Origin: Pristiophorus japonicus
Taxonomy: Eukaryota
Length of the DNA: 64,000 bases
Assembly (NCBI RefSeq): GCF_044704955.1
Contig: NC_091977.1
Span: 12,400,001-12,464,000, forward strand
Reading direction: 5' to 3'
The position numbers and the translations under genes are program-made. Each line of letters opens with the position of its first letter. Within the stretch, counting starts at the first letter, position 1. Positions 59,855 through 64,000 of this stretch are shown here, piece by piece. A model generated the notes under the pieces. It was not told the DNA's origin, searched no databases, and saw only the letters and a program-made list of their open reading frames with translations.

Positions 59855-61078
59855 ACAAGGAACATAAGAAGAGGTGTAGGCCATTCAGCCCCTCGAGCCT
59901 GTTCTGACATTTAGTGAGATCCTGGCTGATGTGTACCTTAACTCCATTCACCTGCCTTGGCTCCATATCCCTTACTCCACTTGGCTCGCAAAAATCTAGC
60001 GATCTCAGAGCTAAAATTATTTCTCGCTTTTCCTGACTGCTCTGGTGGAAGGTCTGGCTCTCAATGTGAGGCTATGTTCCCTTATTCTAGACTTCCCACC
60101 AGCAAAATATTTTCAATCTACCCTAACAATTCCTTTCAATATCTTAAAAACCTCACTCAAATCACCCTTTAACCTTCGAGATTCCATGGACTACAAGCCT
60201 ACTTTATGTAATCTCTCCTCAAAATGTAACCCTTGGATCCCTGGTAACATTCTGGTGACACTGCGCTGCACTGTTCCAAGGCTAATATATCCTTCCTTAC
60301 ATGCGGTGCGCAGAGCTGTTCTCAATATGTGGTCCAACCAGAGTTTTTTTTTTATAGCTGTAGCAAAACATCTTCCTTTTCTATTCTAGCCCACTCGATA
60401 TAAAGGCTAATATTCCATCAGCCTTTTTGATTAATGTTTTTACCTGTCCTGTGGCGTGGAACGCCATTGTATGGCTAGGGAATGAAGGGTGGTGGAGATA
60501 TTGGAAGTGGCAGAGGGAGCTGAGAGCTGGTGTCGGCAGCTGTCAGTGTCTGGGAGAAGTGATCATTCTCTCTCTCTTTATCCCTGAAGGTGCCAGCTGG
60601 TCTTTTTTGTCTGCTCGTGTGTATCACCCCCTGACCTTCACTGGCAGCCCATCCCATCAAACATTCAATTTAAATCTCTTGTCCTTGTCTATAAATCCCT
60701 CCATAGCCCTGTAACTCCCTACCTCTGCATAGGGACCGGAGAAGGCCATTCAGCCCCTCGAACCTGTTCTGCAATTCAATTAGATCATGGCTGATCTGTG
60801 TCTGATCTCCATCTACCCGCCTTGGTTCCACAACCTTTAATAGCCTTGCCTAACAGAAACCTATCAATCTCAGTTTTGACATTTTCAACTGATCCCCAGC
60901 ATCACCAGCTTTTTGGCAGAGAGTTTCAGATTTACACGACCCTTTGAGTGAAGAAGTGCTTCCTGACATCACCCCTGAACGGTCTAGCTCTAATTTTAAA
61001 GTTATGCCCCTTGTTCTCCACTACCCCACCAGAGGAAATAGTCAAATCCTTTAATCATCTTAAACACCTCAATTAGAT
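59855..61078 (-). mobile_element. Two old CR1 3' fragments (~59855-60445 and ~60730-61078)
   Basis: Both begin with the AGGCCATTCAGCCCCTCGA 3' stem-loop motif and show degenerate ORF2 C-terminal sequence. Confidence 0.7.
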
Positions 61079-61200
61079 AATTTGTTGTTGCAGATGTAAA
61101 CCAGCTGATCCTGTATTAAATCCCGAGGTCATCAGAGAGCACAGTGTTTAAAGAGCAAGGTCTCACTGGCACTGCATCAGGACCGGATTCTCAATCCCGA

Positions 61201-61403
61201 TATATCAACCACCCGAACACTCGATTAGATTCCAGCCTGTAAATCACTCACGGGTATCCAATATCCTATATATAAACCACCCGAACCTCTCGATTAAATT
61301 CCAGACTGTAACTCACGCACAGGTATCCAATAATCTATATATAAACCACCGGAACACTCGATTAGATTCCAGCCTGTAACTCACTCCCGGGTATTCTGTT
61401 ATT
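61201..61403. repeat. Tandem repeat, ~68-69 bp unit x3
   Basis: TCGATTA(G/A)ATTCCAG recurs at 61221, 61290 and 61358. Confidence 0.9.
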
Positions 61404-62244
61404 AGATTAGACAAGCGTGCAGCAAAGGCAGAGTGGTTTTAATGGAGGTTTTAACTTTCATATCGATTGGGATAAGCAGACTAGCACCTGTCAGAAAGAC
61501 AGTGATTTTCTTGAGTGTGTCCGGGATCATTTTCGACAACGATATGTCCTATAGGCAACAAGGGGACACGCCATATTAGTAATGAGTAACGGGACAGATT
61601 TAACAGCCTAACTGCGTTAACATTTATCCAATAGTGATCATAGCATGATTGTGTTCAACGTAGCGTTTGAATGGGATGAAGACGGAACAGCGCCTGAGGC
61701 TGGAATTTTGCCGGTGCTCAGAGAGTGGGTTTGGAGGTGGGTCCGCTGTCAAAATGTAGAAGATTGACAGCAGGTCGCCAGCTCACTATCAACCCGCCTC
61801 CATGTCAGTTTCCCAAGTGCCGTTCTGCCTGTGGTTTATAGACTCGACACCAAGTGGCGGGGCAGCCACTGACAAAGTTAAAAGCTTGTTAAAAGATTTT
61901 TAAGCAGCATTTTACCGTGTACTTACCATTTTCCAGCTTTTTCACAAGGTTCTCTGCGCTCGGGACCACGTCAGGTAAGTAGGTCGAGGTTTCAGTAACT
62001 CTCCATTCCACTGAATAGTTGACAGCTTCAAAAATGGTTTAAAAGCTGGATACAGTTATTTGCACTGTGAAAATGGTCTGATTGGCTCTCCATTATCACA
62101 TGACCTGATTGATGAATGGTCCCCTTGCAGGATAAGCCGCACCTAGAGGTTTCTGTGGAATGTGTAAATGGAACCACTCAGCCCAAGTTTTGAGTGACTT
62201 TGCAAAGTGTAATTCGAGCCATTCTGACTTCAGAACCCAGAGAG

Positions 62245-62455
62245 TGTCATGTTCAGAATAACTCCACAAGACTATACTGTAAGGTTAAACTGTTGTGACC
62301 TTGGTCTCTTTAATGTAACTCCAGAGTAAGGAAGCAGCTTGGTAGACTGCCTTTTATACTTGCTTGCCCGGGGTGTGCAGGTGACCTTTGGGTCTCCAAC
62401 AGGTGTGCCCCCTGGTGGCAAGTCTTACACACTAGTAAAGTTTACATACATAACA
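62245..62455 (-). mobile_element. Solo LTR (211 bp, Gypsy-type)
   Basis: TGT...ACA termini, perfect TSD GAGAG, TATAAAA on the minus strand at 62358, ATTAAA. Confidence 0.9.
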
Positions 62456-63054
62456 GAGAGGATAGATATCCACCAACCCAGCAAATGTTCCTGACCCCAG
62501 CCCAGCCCAAGAGCACGCCTCCCCCAGCCAAAGTTCCTGACCCCAGCCCAAGTTTAAGATGGAGATAGGCAGATTTTTGAGCGATAATGGAGTGAAGGGT
62601 TATGGGGGGCTGAGCCCATGATCTTATTAAATGGCGGAGCAGGCTCAAGGGGCCAAATTGCTTACTCCTGCTCCTATTTCTTATGTCCTTATGTAATTTC
62701 ATGCCTCCTCCAATCGAAGTTCCTGTCACCCCCAGCCCAAGTTCATCCACGCCCCCCCCCCCGCCAAGCCCAACATCATGCCTCCCCCAGCCTAAGTTCC
62801 TTACCCCCACAGCCCAAGTTCATGTCCACCCCCCAGCAGCACATGTTCCTGTCCTGATCACCCCACAACCCCACCACAGATGGGGCATTTTGTGTTGGTC
62901 ACAGATTGTTAACAGGTTTATTGGTATGAAGTGAATAGTGACAGTGTTGTGACTTCCGGATTTCATCCACTCTTAACGATGTCTCTTCCACTTTCCAAGA
63001 AATTGAGTGTGGATGCAAAGGGGTTTGGAAGAACGTGATACGTCTTCCCTGAAT

Positions 63055-64000
63055 TCCCTCTCTCCCCTCCGATCCCCCCCCCTCCCGCTTCCCCCCTCTC
63101 TCCCCCTCCTTTCTCTTTCCATCCTCCGTGTCTCTCTCTCCCCCCGCCGTGTCTCTCTCTCGCCCCCCACCACCCCATGTCTCTCTCTCTCTCTCTCCCC
63201 CCTGTACATCTTTCCCTCCTCCCATGTCTCTCTCTCTGTTACCCGACCCCCCGCCGTGTCTCTCTCTCATTCACCCAATGTCTCTCTCTGTCTCTCCCCC
63301 CATCGCGCCGTGTCTCTCTCTCTCTCTCCCCCCGTGTCTCTCTGTCTCTCTGCCCCCCCATCTCTCTCTCTCCCCCTGCCCCCCACCTCTCTCTCCCCCC
63401 TGCCTGCCGCCACTTTCTCCCCCTTCGCCTGCTGCCTCTCTCTTCCCCCACCCCCGGCCGCTGCCTGCTCTCTCTCTCTCTCTCCCCCAGTTCTCCCCCG
63501 CACCCCCCACAGCCGTGTGTCTCGCTCTCTCCTCCCCCACCCTCCCCGTGTCTCTCTTTCTGTCTCCTCCCGCCTCGTGTCTCTCTCTCCCTCCCCATGT
63601 TGCTCTTTATCTCCCCTCCCAGCCTCTCTCTCTCTCTCTCTCTCTTCCCAGTCTCCCTCTCTTCCTCTCCTCAGTCTCTCTCTCTCTCTTTCACCCACCG
63701 TGTCTCTCTCTCTCTCTCCCCCGTGTCTCGCTCTCTGCCTACCGCCTCGCCTTTCTCCCCCGGCCCATCGCCTCTCTTCCTCTGCCCACCACCTCTCTCC
63801 CTCCCGCCCGCCTCTCTCTCCTCCCCGCTCGCCACCTCTCTCTCCTCCCCGCCCATCACCTCTCTCTCCTCCCCGCCCATCGCCTCTCTCTCCCCCCCTC
63901 CGCCGCCTCTCTCTACCCTCTGCCTATCACCTCTCTCTCCTCGCCTGCTCACCTCCTCTCTCTCCCCCCCCCCCGCCCACCACCTCTCTATGTCCCCGCC
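63055..64000. repeat. CT-rich low-complexity/microsatellite tract
   Basis: Degenerate (CT)n and C-runs, almost purely pyrimidine on the + strand. Confidence 0.95.

Noticed and set aside
59106-59907. Short ORFs in apparently unique sequence
   Set aside because: No recognisable motifs or consistent splice signals.
61201-61403. CRISPR-like periodicity
   Set aside because: Whole units repeat with no unique spacers, and the context is eukaryotic.
61915-61985. Strong splice-donor-like sites (ATG|GTAAGT on minus, CAG|GTAAGT on plus)
   Set aside because: No associated coding exon or promoter evidence, and the context looks repeat-derived.
62899-63952. Many R/E/G-rich ORFs on the minus strand
   Set aside because: Artefacts of the stop-poor GA/CT microsatellite; open in several frames.

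Overview
Vertebrate genomic DNA, inferred to be a cartilaginous fish (shark-like) from its repeat repertoire. Most of the window is nested transposable elements. LINEs: many CR1 copies with (TTTCTATG/TTCTTATG)n tails, one near full-length with an intact esterase ORF1; 5'-truncated RTE copies; a Penelope-like fragment; and a compact LINE with a tRNA-like head plus short bipartite derivatives. LTR elements: five Gypsy (Mag-like, tRNA-Ser primed) elements from four families, two solo LTRs, and a 7.0-kb endogenous retrovirus (40114-47147) with both LTRs, gag, pro-pol and a gamma-type env carrying only one premature stop. DNA transposons: a pogo/Tc2-type deletion derivative and a decayed Harbinger Myb gene. 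The only host-gene signal is a broken minus-strand Siglec-15-like Ig locus: V exon 30339-29971, truncated C2 exon 29584-29523, and a second truncated V exon at 6033-~5890. Most striking observations: (i) four distinct Gypsy LTR types carry a CTCF-consensus motif starting 59-61 bp upstream of the TATA box, and two of them have different perfect 11-bp palindromic stems in between; (ii) the ERV mixes class-I and class-III-like RT motifs and has an in-phase A AAA AAC slippery site; (iii) an ORF1-less LINE has a Pol III-type head; (iv) two Gypsy families inserted 11 bp apart at the homologous CR1 site, which a third CR1 copy has deleted. All coordinates, counts and family assignments were made by eye; no database searches were run.
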